A stretch of 64,000 bases of DNA from Schmidtea polychroa (GCA_044892525.1 CM097885.1:28088001-28152000); one strand, 5' to 3'. Positions 12,101-25,946 are shown, counted from the first letter of the stretch. Notes: generated from the sequence alone by a model not told the origin. Made by a program: numbers and translations.

Positions 12101-15100
12101 TGTATACGCTCCTACTAACGAAAGAGTTAATATTTTATTCTATATTATTAATAAATATTATACTTATAAAACGTCAGTTAGGAATAACAAAGAAAATATA
12201 AATACCAAAAAATATCCTAAATGTCCGAAAAATACAATTATAAAAATAAATTTTATTAGTCAAAAATTTAATTACTTTAAATAATAAAGATGACTAATTA
12301 ATGACGTCACAATATTCTAATACAATTTTATGAATAGATGACCAATTTTCAGTAATTTATAATAACAATAATCAAATTTATTTTTAAAAATTCATGCAAA
12401 ATTATTTAATAGAAAAAAATATTTGTGTCAAGCAATTGATTTTCACCCCGGGCCAAATTTATTAGGGCTTCGATTCCCGTTTATAATGAGGTATCTTCGA
12501 GAATTTTAGAGATTCATCGGCATTTTGTGCATTTGATAGATGTCTGTGGTTTCGGTAATTCAGTGTTCAGTTTGATTTCGTTTATTTTGTCTGAATGTTG
12601 CCATAATAACATATATACAACCACATTCGCTTTTCCCTGTATTCAATTGAAAATGTGAATTGATTAAAGTGTTCAATTATTCTCCCATGTCTAGTTCAGT
12701 GTTTCCTAACCTTCTTTATACCAAAGCACACCGGCTCCTTTGAAGTCGCTTCGATATTCAGTATTAACAGTATGCAAAAATAACGGTCAATTAAATTGCT
12801 GTATGTGCATATTATATTAAAAAATATATATGTGGAATAGTTGAGGTGTGATGCCCAACAGTGGGAAACACTGGTCTAGTTGATTGTCCTTTCATTGACA
12901 TTATGCGCAACAGATACTTATTATCCGTTTTATGACTCTGATAAAAAGTAATGCTTGAAATTTTGCAATTGATATCTGACCAAATTTTGTAAAATGACTG
13001 CTTCTGTTAAGGCATTAAGAATGTCTTGAATTCTTGGAAATGAATATTTGTCGGACATTGTGATTTCGATGATAAGTCTGTAAGTTTCCATGAACCATCC
13101 TGTTTTTACCACCACTAACGATGAAACCCAGTTGGTGTTGCTTATATTACCATTTTATAGCTAGTTGAACTCCATCTTGGTGGCATGTAGTTGTTCTCCA
13201 AATACTTCTAGATAGTTTTGAAATATTGATTTTCCTTCTGTAATTATTCTTTGTTGAACGTTGTTTGATTCTGAGGATATATTAGTTAAATCAAAATTGA
13301 ATATCGGATCAGGCTTTACTGTAGGGATGTTGAATTTTATTGATTTCTTGCTATGGCCTTGGATGACTTCTGAGGTTAAAGAAATTACGATGCGTCTATT
13401 TTTGCAGTTAACCAATAACCCTTAATAAAATAGAAAGACCGTCCGACACATTGTCTGTTTATATTTCAAATGCAAATATGCATGTAAAAAGCAATTGAAA
13501 ATATTTCATTTCTAATATTATTTCTTTGTTACCATATCAATTTTATGGTTGATTTGTATGCGCTGACCAGTGTATAGATTCATCTTAATGCATGGTTGGC
13601 TTTATATAACACTGATGAAAGGACCTGAAATCAATTAAAAAATGAAAGCGAGTGTTTATTAATATTCTCGGTATAGTAAATGTCTGGTAATTCAGATTGT
13701 AGGCAGATGTAATTTCGAAGATTCCACTTCCGAACTTAATGAAACTCTTTCTCGTTTACCTGTTCTTTCATTTCTTGTTTCAAATCATACGGGTGTTGAT
13801 ATTTTTCGCTTTTTACCTATTTCGCAAATTCCTTTCGATATGATTATGATCGATATGATTATATAAAAATGATTAGAAATAATAGCAATTGTTAGAGAAT
13901 TTCATCATTTTTTTCCAAAAACTTTAAACCAGGATAAATGAGCATCCCGAAAACCTCTTTCAAGACACCAGGACGTCTGGCAACCATAATTATGCTACAC
14001 ATTTATAATTAGTAAAGAGCATTCTGTATTTTTCCTTAAATTTAGAATTTATTTACTTTTATAATAATTTATATACAAATAACACTATGGAGTTTCCTCA
14101 ATCGTTGTGAATCTTGTAGTTAAATATTTCCACTATTGACTTTAATATATTACTTTATAAATACAAAATCTTAATTTTTATTGTGTACACAAGAGTTTCA
14201 AGGAAGATTTGCGTCTAAGCTCAAAAATCTAAGTAACACCATGGTACATGGCATCTGAGATTTATGTATGAAATTTGCTTATATGACCCAATGGGACATT
14301 GTCCCATGATATAAGCTTATCTCACATGTGATTGATCTGAGCAAAACCAGGTTAATGTCGCAAAGTGCACTACCAGTGAGATAATGAAAATTGTGATAGA
14401 CTCATTTTTTGCAATTTTTAGTTTTCGAATGATTGATATATAAATGTTTTTAACACATTAAAAATCCTATGTGCAAAATTTAAATTTTTTACTCAGAACA
14501 TTAAATTTAGTGTCATTATGGTGGAAAGACTTTGCACTTCAAAATAGAATATGGTACCCGATTGGTCTAAATATTGGGTTAAGACTGTTTTTGTCAGATG
14601 GTAATAAAATTTTGGCAAAACAATTAAATTTAATGATTAAACACAATCAAATAATAAATCGAATAATGACTAATATTAAACCTAAATTTCACTCTTATGT
14701 CCTGACTACTAAAAATATATGTAATTTTAAACAGTTTCAGTGAATCAAATATTACTTTAGAAGCTAATAAATTGATCATTTAGTTATCTATTATTACAGT
14801 ATAATTAATAACGAATGGATCAAGACCCTAGATTGAATATTTCTTGGTTTAATCTTAGATTGCTGAATAGATAAGATATCGTTTAACTCTGAATTGCCTC
14901 AGATATTCAAATTACTGTCTACTTCCTCATTCAAGGTTGTAACTACCAACAGTTTTTATTGCTTTTTTTCTAATGGACTGTTTGATTTAATTTTACTGTC
15001 TTCTTTTTACACTCTATTTTCTTCTTCGACCATTTATGGAAACTTGATTGAGTTGAGAGTTCCTTTGAATTTTTCCCTCACAAGAAGCCGAAATTTTGCC

Positions 15101-16827
15101 GAGAAATTTAATTAAATTGACAAGAATGCATTTCGCCCGTTAAGCTCTCAATTTTATTAAGCTCTCAATTAATTAATTTGTATTCCTTAAATAACCCAAA
15201 ATCAATTTTATATTATTAATTTCGTGTTTGTCTCGTCATTTGCCATCCGCTCAATTCCGTTTCTACCGAAAAATATTAATTTTTCCCAATTTCAATTAAT
15301 TTGCCATTTCAATTATTACTTTTTGAATTTTGTTAAATTGTGCGTTTTATTATTTTGCACAAATTTCTCGCCATTTAAACTTTATTTTACACTAATTTAG
15401 AAAATCGAAACAGCGTAATGTCGTTATTTGAACGAATAGAACTACGGTTACACTCCTTGATTAATTACACAGAAGTAAAAGCATTAAGAAAATAAATTGC
15501 AGTAGTCAATCAGTGAAGTTGAGTCCCTTTTGATTGAATATTTGATTTATTTGAAATGGTAATTTGAAATTTATTCTTATTAATAATAAATTCCTCTGTT
15601 ACACAAAAATTCTTTTCTTCAATATAGTTTAGCAAAATGTCGTTTGACATTTGTTTATAATTTATATATTCCCAATATAAATATATCACTTTGATATCCA
15701 GTGGTGAGCTATGCATGTCCCGCGGGGGCTCGGCAGAGCCCCTTGTTAACTTTTTAAAAATTTTGCGAGCCCCTTGTTGTTTTTTTCACAGCTCACCACT
15801 GCTTATATCTATTTAAATGTAAAACTTAAAACGGCACCCAGTCGGTAAAAAATGGGTCAAATGAAAAATTGAAATAATCTTATTTCATAAACCAAACATG
15901 ATCTACAACTTTTATTTGTAACATTGTTGCCAATTTCACCTCCTTGCTGTATCTACTGTAGTAAATCAAGGTGACCCTGAGTAGGGTTAGGGTACCCTAG
16001 GGGTGGCCATCTGGGTTGAAACATAGCATATGACCAGCCCCGAGTCAAATTAGAGTCACATGCAAAATTTCAGCATCTTAGGTCCAACGGTGGGGATTTC
16101 CATGGGTAACAAACAAACAAACTTTCATCTTGATATATTAAATACTTTTATTAAAATTTTTAATTAATATAATTAATAAATTTTTGCATTCATGTATATT
16201 TTAATTAGTCTTTTAAATTTAAATATTTTATCAACTCCAACGGTGAGATACTTTGAACTTCATTCTTAATTAAGAATATTATTAATTACTATATTAATTT
16301 CATTATTATTAAATAATGATATTGGAATAATAGATGAAAATTACTCTAAACCAAAAATGCTAGTTTTACCTGGATAAAAATCAGTCAAAATGAATACTTC
16401 AAAAATATCCGAGTCAGTCTGATAAATAATTGAATCTACAAAATGTAGAATATATTCACAGTGAACATTTCTCTGAAATAAATTTATTGATTATTTGACA
16501 TCTAGCGGAATAATTAATCATTAACAAGTATAAATATTTCTCGAATGCAATTCAATAGTTTGTCTTCATTGTTGACACACATTTTCTTTAATGCATATTG
16601 CTTATGAAACGAATGTGCCCTATAAACGGTTCCATAACCACCTGAAACAGTGGTGAAATATTATCTTCTATTTCTAATAGAATACCTTGGGCAATTTTGT
16701 CATCAATAACAACTGATTCATATTTTAATGTGACAGATTTACTTTGCTTATTTATACTACAGTTGTAATTACCGACATTCCTATAGATGTCTTCATTTTC
16801 AATCACTCGATAGATTGTTCTATTCAT
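6128..16827 (-). CDS. Host NAK-family Ser/Thr kinase (AAK1/BMP2K-like), first five exons; gene continues left of 6128
   Basis: Exons 16827-16686, 16641-16526, 16472-16370, 6454-6306 and 6249-6128 splice in frame to give AQGGYGTVY, YALKKMCVNN..CIREIFIL, EVFILTDFY, PIIHRDLKVENIL, YVLCDFGSAT. Introns are 44, 53, ~9900 and 56 nt, all GT-AG. Confidence 0.88.
8450..10466 (-). pseudogene. Degenerate intron-containing IS630/Tc1-like transposase remnant
   Basis: Short GT-AG-bounded exons start from ATG 10466. HTH-like SENDKIRLINPYENGENYKDFGRLLGIS at ~10020-10105 and a YFDE segment near 8785. Multiple stops; interrupted by a repeat at 9060-9640. Confidence 0.35.
9060..9640 (-). mobile_element. LTR-like repeat fragment related to the 10714-11605 element
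   Basis: The minus strand shares attata..act.tta..tgtggaaacgggtgta and gggYcgtctcagt with 10714-10768. Purine-rich GGAAACGGG followed by TGTA resembles a PPT/LTR boundary. Confidence 0.4.
10714..11605 (+). mobile_element. GC-elevated dispersed element (possibly LTR-like, TGTA...CACA) with small ORFs
   Basis: Higher GC than flanks. ORF 10777-11100 has a basic NLS-like stretch and acidic tail; a second ORF spans 11258-11563. Homologous to 9060-9640 and 40750-40970. No TSD seen. Confidence 0.45.
11951..12126. mobile_element. TTAA-flanked MITE (piggyBac- or Kolobok-type)
   Basis: TTAA on both sides; imperfect TIR CCATTTCGTTACAGG / CCTACTAACGAAAGAG. Confidence 0.6.
12697..12873. mobile_element. 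hAT MITE
   Basis: TIR CAGTGTTTCC...GGAAACACTG; perfect 8-bp TSD GTCTAGTT. Confidence 0.9.
12900..13420 (-). pseudogene. Gypsy-type reverse transcriptase remnant
   Basis: NWVSSLVVVK...DKYSFPRIQDILNAL matches the Ty3/Gypsy RT N-terminus; frameshifted. Confidence 0.65.
15699..15801. mobile_element. Small hAT-type MITE
   Basis: TIR CAGTGGTGAGCT/AGCTCACCACTG; imperfect 8-bp TSD (TTGATATC/CTTATATC). Confidence 0.75.
15825..16138 (-). mobile_element. Non-autonomous Helitron-like repeat
   Basis: 16062-16135 is an inverted copy of 31936-32004 (aagatgaaagtttg...ccccaccgttggaccta...gaaattttgca) and has an (AAAC)n tract. Confidence 0.6.
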
Positions 16828-17155
16828 TATATTGAGACGAATAAAGTAAATTTTTATTCAATTAAATTCTATTGTAAAATAATTTCAATTATAAATTATC
16901 AAAAAATTTGAAAATAACTGAAAATCATTGATTGAAGGTAAATTTTTCACAATATACAAACAACAAGCATCGATATAAAAATTGATAAAATAATTTCGCT
17001 TAAAATAAAATTACATTATAATGTTTATTAAAAATTGAAACTATTAAACATGCCAAAAAGTGATTTAAGAATAAAAAATTATTAAATAGACAAAATAAGT
17101 ATAATTCATTGGTTTCACCTTTGATTTTTTTTATTTCAATAATTGTCATAATAAT

Positions 17156-17598
17156 TAGGGCCGTAACAAGGGTGGTGCGAGCGGTGCAGTTGCACAGAGC
17201 GCACATCTGAAAGTAGCGCAAAATTCGAATGTATCAATTTTTTAATATCACCAAAAAATTAAAAAATATAAATAAAAAAATAATAAATGGCATGAACGGA
17301 AAAAAAACGACATCCTAGCTACCTATCTTTAACCTTACCGATTGGATTGGTCCATTAGCGTGCCTTCTTAGGTGTGTATTTTGAAAAATGTTAGTCCACA
17401 AAATGGGTTCCTGTCATTTTTTAAATTAGCAGCAGAAATTTAAGAGCATTACAACTTATTATAATACCTGGAGATGAATACAGTCAACAATCTTAACATG
17501 AAATTTTAATGATTATAGTAGACTGTTTTGAATTCGCGTGATGGGGGCGCCAGATATATGAACCGCACAGGGCGCAATAATGCCTTGTTACGGCCTTG
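17156..17598. mobile_element. hAT MITE
   Basis: TIR TAGGGCCGTAACAAGG/CCTTGTTACGGCCTTG; 8-bp TSD ATAATAAT. Confidence 0.88.
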
Positions 17599-17720
17599 AT
17601 AATAATGTTTGTAAATCAAAACAAAATATAAGTTAAACAAATATTATTCAAATGTTAGGCATCCGTAAAATAATTTACATCATTAAAATATATGGTACAC
17701 GATATTTCATCAGTCTATAA

Positions 17721-17969
17721 CAGCCATGGCCAACCGGTAGCCCGCGAAGCGTTTTGATGTGGCCTGGAAACAATTTTAAACATCAAATCAATAATTGTCT
17801 TTTTTAGAATTCATATTCGAATTAAGCATGTTTTTAATTTAAAAAATTGATTCTAAGTTTAATTGAATCGTAAAAACGAGTTATATTTATTTAAATGAAT
17901 TTATTGTGGCCCGTGATAGTATTTTCCCGAAAATTTGGCCCTTCGATTGATTTGGGTAGGCCACCACTA
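17721..17969. mobile_element. hAT (Charlie-like) MITE
   Basis: Imperfect TIR CAGCCATGGCCAACC/GGTAGGCCACCACTA; perfect 8-bp TSD GTCTATAA. Confidence 0.85.
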
Positions 17970-19199
17970 GTCTATAACAATTGTATATTTTCTTATAATG
18001 ATTAATAAGAAAATTATTGAATAAAATTCATTTATTATTTATTTTAATTTAAAAAAAAATCTTAAAACCTTATAAAATATAAATCAAGAATTAATTGCTA
18101 TTTAAATGTTAATGTAAATTTATTTTATCGGAAGAGTTTTATTGCTAACGATACTAATGTGTAGTGAAAAACATAAATTTTAATATCAGAAAGTGGGTCT
18201 TTGTGACAAAAATTCAGACAAAATAACAACTATTAACAGGTAATTGCATCAACTTTACATTAATTTTTGCATGACAAGAATGGCTAGAATGAAAATGAAG
18301 TATTGACATACTTTACAGGAGTATCTATTTTATTTATGAATGTTCACATTGTTATTTTTAACCAAGAATCAGAGAAAAAAATCAACACCCATAATAAATA
18401 TGGCAACTATAATGAATTCACGGCTCACAATAGGTGTTTTCATTATTAAGAAGTGCTTCAAACTTTTGCAATTGTTGATTTACAAAATCGCTTATAAGTT
18501 AGTTTGAATGTGTTTATCATATTCTTTTTATATTGAATTGGCATAAAATGCAAACATATTTGAAATTTTCCATAAACTCATAGTTTGTGGATGATACGGA
18601 GACTTGTTCCGATTTAAAATGTAAAAGAATTTCAGCAGAACAACACAAAATTTTATTCAATTTTAAAACAATTGTTTTGCAATATCGTTAATTACACTTT
18701 AAATTCGATATGTACTTTTCAAAGATTGTATTTTTGATAGATGTCTCAAAGAGCAACCACCTATGTAGTTTTGTTATGTACTTTTTAATTGATCAATAAA
18801 CCATACTTCTCTATCAACTCTTCTGCTTTACGTTTTTCTTTTACCATTTTGTTGGGCAAAATTTGAGAAAACATACAATTTTGTTTGAATTAGACGAAAA
18901 AGTAACATAAAATGGTGGCAAATTCAAAGTTCTAGCAAAGACCTACAAGGAAAGGAAAAAACATAAATTATAATATAATAAGATAAAAAGGGAAAGAAAA
19001 TAAAATGGAAAATATAAATAAAAAATAGGAAATAAATTAACTTTATAACAATAATCGCAAGAAATCAAAAATTAAAAAAGTACCTATTTAAACAAAAATA
19101 TCCAACGGTTAAAAGATTGAAAGAATGATAAAATAGGAAAGTAAAGTAAAAAAATTAAGAGAAACTGAGAAGAATGAATAGGCCGGACAAGCAAAATTT

Positions 19200-19560
19200 T
19201 TGGTAGGAAATTTGTGAAAAAATAATTTCAGAAAAATATCGGAAAATTATAGAAAACGAAACGCCAGAAAGAGAAAAAGACAAAGAATAAGAGGTAAAGT
19301 TATATTCATGCCGAAAATGATTATATCGAATAATGGCATAGGTTTTGCAGCAGTCACGTCACAAATCAATAAAGTAATGATAGCATGAGATTTTGATAAA
19401 AGGAATTTGGAAAATGACTGTTAGGAAAAGTTATAATAGTAATAAGTTGAGAAATGGTAAGATCAGAGTAGCAGTTATTTTGTATGGAGGGAAAAAGATA
19501 TTAAGACCTATTAGTAGAGTTTATCCACTTTCCACAGGAAGGGAAACTGATTTACATCAA
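19200..19560 (+). pseudogene. BEL/Pao retrotransposon pol C-terminal remnant
   Basis: NGKIRVAVI....KILRPISRVYPL matches the BEL/Pao post-integrase DG.VR.A....RP...L.PL motif. Confidence 0.65.
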
Positions 19561-19866
19561 GGTGTCAAAGAAGGAAGAATGATCAATTCTGTTAAAATTC
19601 ATTTTGTGAATTTTTTATGTTACCAGGTGTGTAGTTGTCTGACAGTTTTTGTCAGAAATGAGGTAAAAATCAATATTCCATTTTGTGTTTTAATTAAATT
19701 ATAGTTTTGAAGGTTTTGGCTTTTTAAATGCAAGATTAAAGTAAGTTTTGAGGATATATTGTTTTTTCTTGGCTTTGGATTTATTATTATTTTTCTAACT
19801 GATTTGAGTTATTATTATAGCTACAAAAATGAATAAAGAACCAATGGAATTATTAGAAGAATTTAA

Positions 19867-22392
19867 CACTAGGACGGCCAGAGCGGTCATTTTGACCGTT
19901 AAGCAATTTCATTTTTATTTTGTGAGAAAACGAAAAGGAATTAACGTCTCATATTTTTTGACAATTATTCATTTTTAGTGAACTTGTTGTGTATATCAAA
20001 GCTTCAATTATAGCATTTGTCACGACTGAGATAATGAGGCCATCCCCATGGAAGGCCGAACCGGTCAATTTGACCGGTATCTTGAAACACACAAGAAAGT
20101 CACACATAATCATCTTACATACTAGAAAATATAAAACCAAATATAATTTACACACAACCGAAGCATTTAACAGTCATTTGGGAATGTTTTCCACAGTAAA
20201 CTTTACTACATACATGGCATATAGCTCCGGATTTGTTATCACAATGAGGAGCAGAACAAGTTTTTCGCTTCTTTAATTTTGGTTGTTCAGAACAGAGTTC
20301 ACCAGAGATGGGACTTGCTGTTCGACGGCTTTTGAACTCCTCACAAAGAGATGTAGCTAATTCAAAAATAAAATCCCTTCTTTTTATAGTTGATCCCGTA
20401 GCATCTTTGAAAATAACATGAGCGTTGAGAGCTGCTTTATCAAGCAAATCATAGAAAGTAGCGACTGGCCATCTTGCTGTTGCGGCTTTACTGCTGTATA
20501 AACACAACATGCTATCCATGGTATCTACAGCTGTCTTATTTTTGTTATAAAAGTGTATCATTTCAGGCTTTCTCTTTTCGTCAGATCTCACACTAGCAGT
20601 AGAATGGAATGTTGACATGACAATGACTTTCTTGTCCGATTTGCCTTGATAGGAAACAGTGACAGTGTTTTGACACGATAAATGAGTCGATTCAAAAAGA
20701 GGCTTTTTCTCCAAGTGAGCTGATGATAAAAAGCGTGAATTTAATCTTACAGTACCAACCAATGTTGTTCGATTTACAAGGAGATATTCAGCTAGTGAGA
20801 GACTTGTAAAGAAATTGTCAGTGCAGACATTGTATCCTTTATTGAAAAATGGCTCCATTAGTTTCCTGACTACAAAATCACCCAGCCGTAATCCACAGCG
20901 TTCGTTTCTATCGTGAGCCCCTAAATATGGCATTTGATTGATGACAAATTTGGTTTTGACATCACTGAGAATCCAGTATTTGATACCGAATTTATCAGGC
21001 TTATTTGGCATAAATTGGATGAAGCAACACCTATTTTTTAGCGGCAAAAGTTGCTCGTCGACAGTAAGGAAGGGATTAAGAGTATAAACTTGAAGACAGT
21101 TTGAAACAAACAAGTCAAATATTTCACGAAAATGGGCATATTTATCTTGTTCTACTCTTTGACGTCGAGAACATTGTTCATCAAAACGAAGAAAGCGCAG
21201 TATCTCACGGAAACGGTTCCGAGACATGACTTCTCTGAAGTAAGGAGATCCAAATTGAGATGACCAGATTGAATTGATAGAATGTCGGCGAAAGCCTAAC
21301 ACACCACGGAGATACAGCAATCCAAGAAAAGCATCTAATTCTTGTAGACTGATACACCAGTCTGACGAAGCTTCTTTTCCTTTCATAATTGTGTATTTTT
21401 GAATTAACTTCAGCATTCCCTCAGAGACTATTAAGCGCCAAGCGCTCAGGGGTGAGTCAATTTTGCGCTTTGCAAAAGCTTTCACACCAGGTGTTCCACT
21501 AAAAATATTGTGCGCAGGGAATCTGCCAACACTAATAGCGTGATTGTTTTCTACTCGATTCCAAAGAGTGCCATCCCTGCTAGATAAAAGCTGATTTTCT
21601 AATGAAGAAATTGAGCTATTGACTGACTCATTGTCACTTTCTAACGAACTTCCATTATCATCAGAGTTCCATTCATGTAACTCTTCGTCAGAATCATTTC
21701 TTTCAAGCTCATCATCACTTCCCATAGGCTGATCTTCATCTTCGGAGAGAGCAGCGTGAATATTCCATAGCTTCTGTAAAGCACGTTGAGCAGCAATTCT
21801 TTTAGTTGGCATATTTGATTCTAAAATAATGATAAAAACTCCGTCAGTAAAATAAGAAACGTCAAATTTATTATTGGATTCTAATGAAAACACGGTTTTA
21901 TAATGTTTGTTATCCCAAGAAGTTCAAAGATTTTCTATAACAATTATTAGATATTGTCTTATGACATTTCGTTAAGTTTTTCGTTTGATTCTTTTAATTT
22001 ACCAAATTTCAAAACTTAGAACTCTTAATGCTTGCTTAATTACACTTTTAATAAGCACTATCTCTGAATAAAAGCAAGAGAATATTTATAAACAAGAAAT
22101 GAAGTATACATACATACCAGTCTGAATAAACGCGAAGACAATGTTTAAAATAGTGTAGCTTTGTGTCAGCTAAACAAATATTTTTATTTCATTGATGTAA
22201 GTAGTTTAATAAATTAACTACTGTTAGAATAAAAATAGTTAAATTTTGAAAGCGTGTTAGTAGCACAAAGAAAGTATTGCTAAATGAGTTGCATCATAGA
22301 AATCTCAGCATGAAAATAAGGAGCATATGTGCACCGGTCAAATTGACCGGTTTGGCCTTCCAAGGTATAAAATATTTCCGGCCGTCCTAGTG
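19867..22392 (-). mobile_element. Full-length piggyBac DNA transposon
   Basis: 13-bp TIR CACTAGGACGGCC at both ends; internal palindromes cggtca.tttgaccg at ~19886, 20061 and 22334. Left flank TTAA, right flank TCTT. Confidence 0.95.
20148..21812 (-). CDS. piggyBac transposase (PGBD4-like), intact ~554 aa
   Basis: Acidic N-terminus, DDD triad (TVDEQL, CTDNFF, AVDTMD), NKPDKFGIK and a C-terminal Cys-rich domain. First ATG at 21812. Confidence 0.95.
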   Translation of the reverse strand: MPTKRIAAQRALQKLWNIHAALSEDEDQPMGSDDELERNDSDEELHEWNSDDNGSSLESDNESVNSSISSLENQLLSSRDGTLWNRVENNHAISVGRFPAHNIFSGTPGVKAFAKRKIDSPLSAWRLIVSEGMLKLIQKYTIMKGKEASSDWCISLQELDAFLGLLYLRGVLGFRRHSINSIWSSQFGSPYFREVMSRNRFREILRFLRFDEQCSRRQRVEQDKYAHFREIFDLFVSNCLQVYTLNPFLTVDEQLLPLKNRCCFIQFMPNKPDKFGIKYWILSDVKTKFVINQMPYLGAHDRNERCGLRLGDFVVRKLMEPFFNKGYNVCTDNFFTSLSLAEYLLVNRTTLVGTVRLNSRFLSSAHLEKKPLFESTHLSCQNTVTVSYQGKSDKKVIVMSTFHSTASVRSDEKRKPEMIHFYNKNKTAVDTMDSMLCLYSSKAATARWPVATFYDLLDKAALNAHVIFKDATGSTIKRRDFIFELATSLCEEFKSRRTASPISGELCSEQPKLKKRKTCSAPHCDNKSGAICHVCSKVYCGKHSQMTVKCFGCV

Positions 22393-22957
22393 TCTTTGTC
22401 AAATGAAGCGGTTTATTTTACAATCAAATAAATTCAGATATTTTAAAAATTGACTTCTTATTATGTGAGATTCTGATCCAGAGTCAGTCCTGGATATTTT
22501 GGTGTCCTAGGCAAAAACTAAAATTTGCGCCACTTGTAAATACTTCAATAACGCATTATATAAGCTCAAAAATAAAATTCAAATTAAATAATATATTATA
22601 AAATAAAAGCGACTATAAACAGAAAGAAAAATCCTTTTTATTAAATAAAATTTTGATAGGCAAAGAATCTCACAATTATAAAATAACTACTGAACAGTTT
22701 GCCTGATATTCTCTAGTCGTCCTCACCATTTGTAGATAAGGAGAAAGTTTCTAAATGCATGTTTTTATTGCTTTTTAACGAATCGCTTATGTTGTGTTAT
22801 TGAGCTGGAGACAAAATTAAAATTCTTAATCTGACTCCAAGCGTGTCTTTGACTGACCCACAAATAACACTTGACAACCGAAATCTCTATTGATAATCAC
22901 AAATAAACTTTCACTTTACACTGACAATCAATTCAACACTCTGCTTGGTGACTATAC

Positions 22958-24237
22958 AATCGCCAACCCTGGTGCCCGGCAGCTGTTTTATGTGTGCTAC
23001 CAGAAAAAAAGTAAATAAAGCAAAATAATTGAAATTTGAGCGAATTTTTTAATTAAAAAAAAATTAAAATCGATAGATTTCGAAATTTTAAGATAATAAT
23101 AAGCATATTTTTATTTTTCTTTATATATTTCTTTATATATAATTTGTGTTTATATATTTTCTTTATTTATTATTAATCTTTTGTGATTTTAAATTTGTTA
23201 TTTTGCTGTACACTTGCAAGACCACTAATTGTTTATTGTTTTTAAATTTGATTAAATTTAGGTATCAACTTGTAATTTATTATTTCTCTGATCATTCAGT
23301 TGAAAGGTTATAAAGTCAAAAGTGAAAAAAAAATTTAATTCTAAAATGAGTGCATGTAAAAGACTACGAACGTATAATTTTAACACAGATTGGGATGAAT
23401 CTTATTGTTTTGTCAGTATTAAAGATAAATGTATTTGTTTATTGTGCGGTAGTACAGTTGCAGTGGCAAAAAAAAACATAATGTTGAACGTCACTTCTAT
23501 TCTAACCATATCACTTTTGATACTAATTATCCAGTTAAATCAGAAATTAAAAAGAACAAAATTAGAGACCTTAAATTAAATTTATCTGGCCAACAATCGA
23601 TTTTCACTCGACATTTGGTAAAATCTAAAAATGCCACCATTGCTTCTTTTAAAATTTCCCACATGCTCGCCAAGAAATCGTATGTAACAGATGAACAATT
23701 TTGGAACTTAGTTGACAAAAAAAGTTTCCATTGTTAAAAATTGCGGCATATAAAATAAAATCGTTCTTCGGTTCCACATATTTATGCGAATCGTTGTTTT
23801 TAACAATGAATATAATAAAATCCAAACACAGATCTCGAATTACCGAGGAGTATCTTGATGATTGTCTGCAAACAGGAATATCGCTTACATCCCTAATTAT
23901 GAGACATTAGCCACTGATACTCAATGCCAAAAATCACATTGACTTAATAAAAGTTGTTTGGTATTGTACTTTTAGTTTGTTATAGATAATGATTAATAAA
24001 TATATAATTATATTGAATAAAGGAAATATACTTTAAATTAAATATGTTGTTTTGTACATAATTTGCGTTATTAACGCTTTAATGGCCGATGACTCGAATT
24101 CGCGTCATTTTTGTATGGATTTTCGAAGTGTTAATTTGAAAGTCACTATAAATTTACCTTGAAAAAATAAATAGTGCCCGTTACACAATCGATAATTTGG
24201 AATGTGCTCTTTGGTACTAAAAGGTTGGCGACCACGG
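22958..24237 (+). mobile_element. Internally deleted hAT (Charlie/SPIN, GTF2IRD2-like) element
   Basis: Ends TCGCCAACC.../GGTTGGCGACCAC. Transposase fragments include CICLLCGSTVAVAKK and FGSTYLCES (23340-23940), with frameshifts. Confidence 0.75.
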
Positions 24238-24839
24238 AATTAATGTATACATTTTTTTATTATTAATGAATAATCTTATTATTTTTTGAATTAATAATAT
24301 AGTTGTTTTTCTTCGTTAATTATATATTAATATATATATGTGTGTGTGTGTTACGTTCCCAATAGTGTACCTGGGTATAAATAACCAATTTGAGTACCGG
24401 GTATTATATTCAGAACTTTACGGTACCATTTTTAGTCTTAGAATATCTATGAAAATCTACAATCTAAATTTTTAGTGGTGCTGTTGAAGAAACATTACGA
24501 TACTCAGTTGTCGCCCAAAAATGCATATTGTATACAATTATAACAAAACAAATATTACTTTTTAACTGAAAATTTTTTAGTCCATTAAAAATAATTCGGA
24601 ATATCTATTTTCAAAGAAATTTCACAAAATATCAATTCAATTGTGTATAGAAAATCAATATTTTTTTTAATTTATTTCACTGGGAAATCAAATTATTGAA
24701 ATGTATATCAAAATTGAATGCGATTCAACCAATATGAATAGTATTCATTACATCTACCTGTCATTTCACTGGAACCTATATTCAAAAGTTGTCGGATCTG
24801 AATAATGAAAAATAGTTTTTGTGATATCTAATAATAATG

Positions 24840-24947
<108 letters not shown>

Positions 24948-25175
24948 CGATAGCAATTATCAGCGAAAGAAAGGTGCAAATCTAGTGACAAATTGTAATT
25001 GTGGTAAAGTTTGAATAAAGTTGTCTTGTGTTGAGTTTTATTTAGTTGATTGGAAAAGAACTTGAGGAGTCAGAAACTAACCGACTTGCTAAACAATAAC
25101 CAAAAATTATTATTATTACAGTAAAAGAGCTGTAAAACCTCCGAAAAACTTTTCCAATTTAGAGAGGTTCTACTG

Positions 25176-25207
<32 letters not shown>

Positions 25208-25946
25208 ATAATTTAAACACCAATAATATTTAAATGAACCTTTGCTACCGATAAATCGAACATTTTATTGAGTATTGCACTGCCGGATCAATAATTAGAC
25301 ACTGCCGACAATCGAATTGGTACGAGAAAATCGATTTTCTGTTTTATTGAATTGTTTATTTAGAAAAATTCTATGTGAATATGCACTGTTTATCGATTAA
25401 AATCTAATTATTTCAATGGGAGAATTTTCAATGTCAAATCAAAAATAATTATTTTTGACATTGACGTTGGATTCGTTCAACAGATTAGGCAGCTGAATTA
25501 TGGGATTTTATCTTTTGTTCTTATAATAGGGTTGCAAGAGGTATTTCAAGAAATTTTCCTAATATATTCAAATTTGTTATGAGGATGTACAAGGGAACTT
25601 GATGTAAACCCCAATTTGGAGATAAATTTTATAATCCATTGATGTATTATGACATCTAGTGCTATTCTAAAATCCCGAAACCTAAAATCACGTTTCCTTT
25701 TTATTTCTTTTCTAATCCAATTTTTATCGTTGTTTTGAATATTGTTTTTAGAAAGTTAATTTCGGTAAAATAATTGTTTTATATAAAGTTAAATTGTACT
25801 TTTATAAATTTTTTGCTTGAAGCACTTTCCTAAATAACGACATAATAATCAAGTTTTGTAATTATCTCGATTTTTTTGAAGAGAGGAGTTTGAGTAGATT
25901 ATATTTACTTTAAATGCTTTAACATTTTATGAATATAAAACTTTAG

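Noticed and set aside
13547..13636. Hammerhead-like CTGATGA...GAAA core
   Set aside because: Stem II cannot form canonically, stem I is weak and the cleavage triplet would be AUU; compatible with chance in AT-rich DNA.
18165..18450. Possible plus-strand exons of a gene divergent from the kinase
   Set aside because: Splice-like signals are present, but no consistent multi-exon frame or domain could be built.
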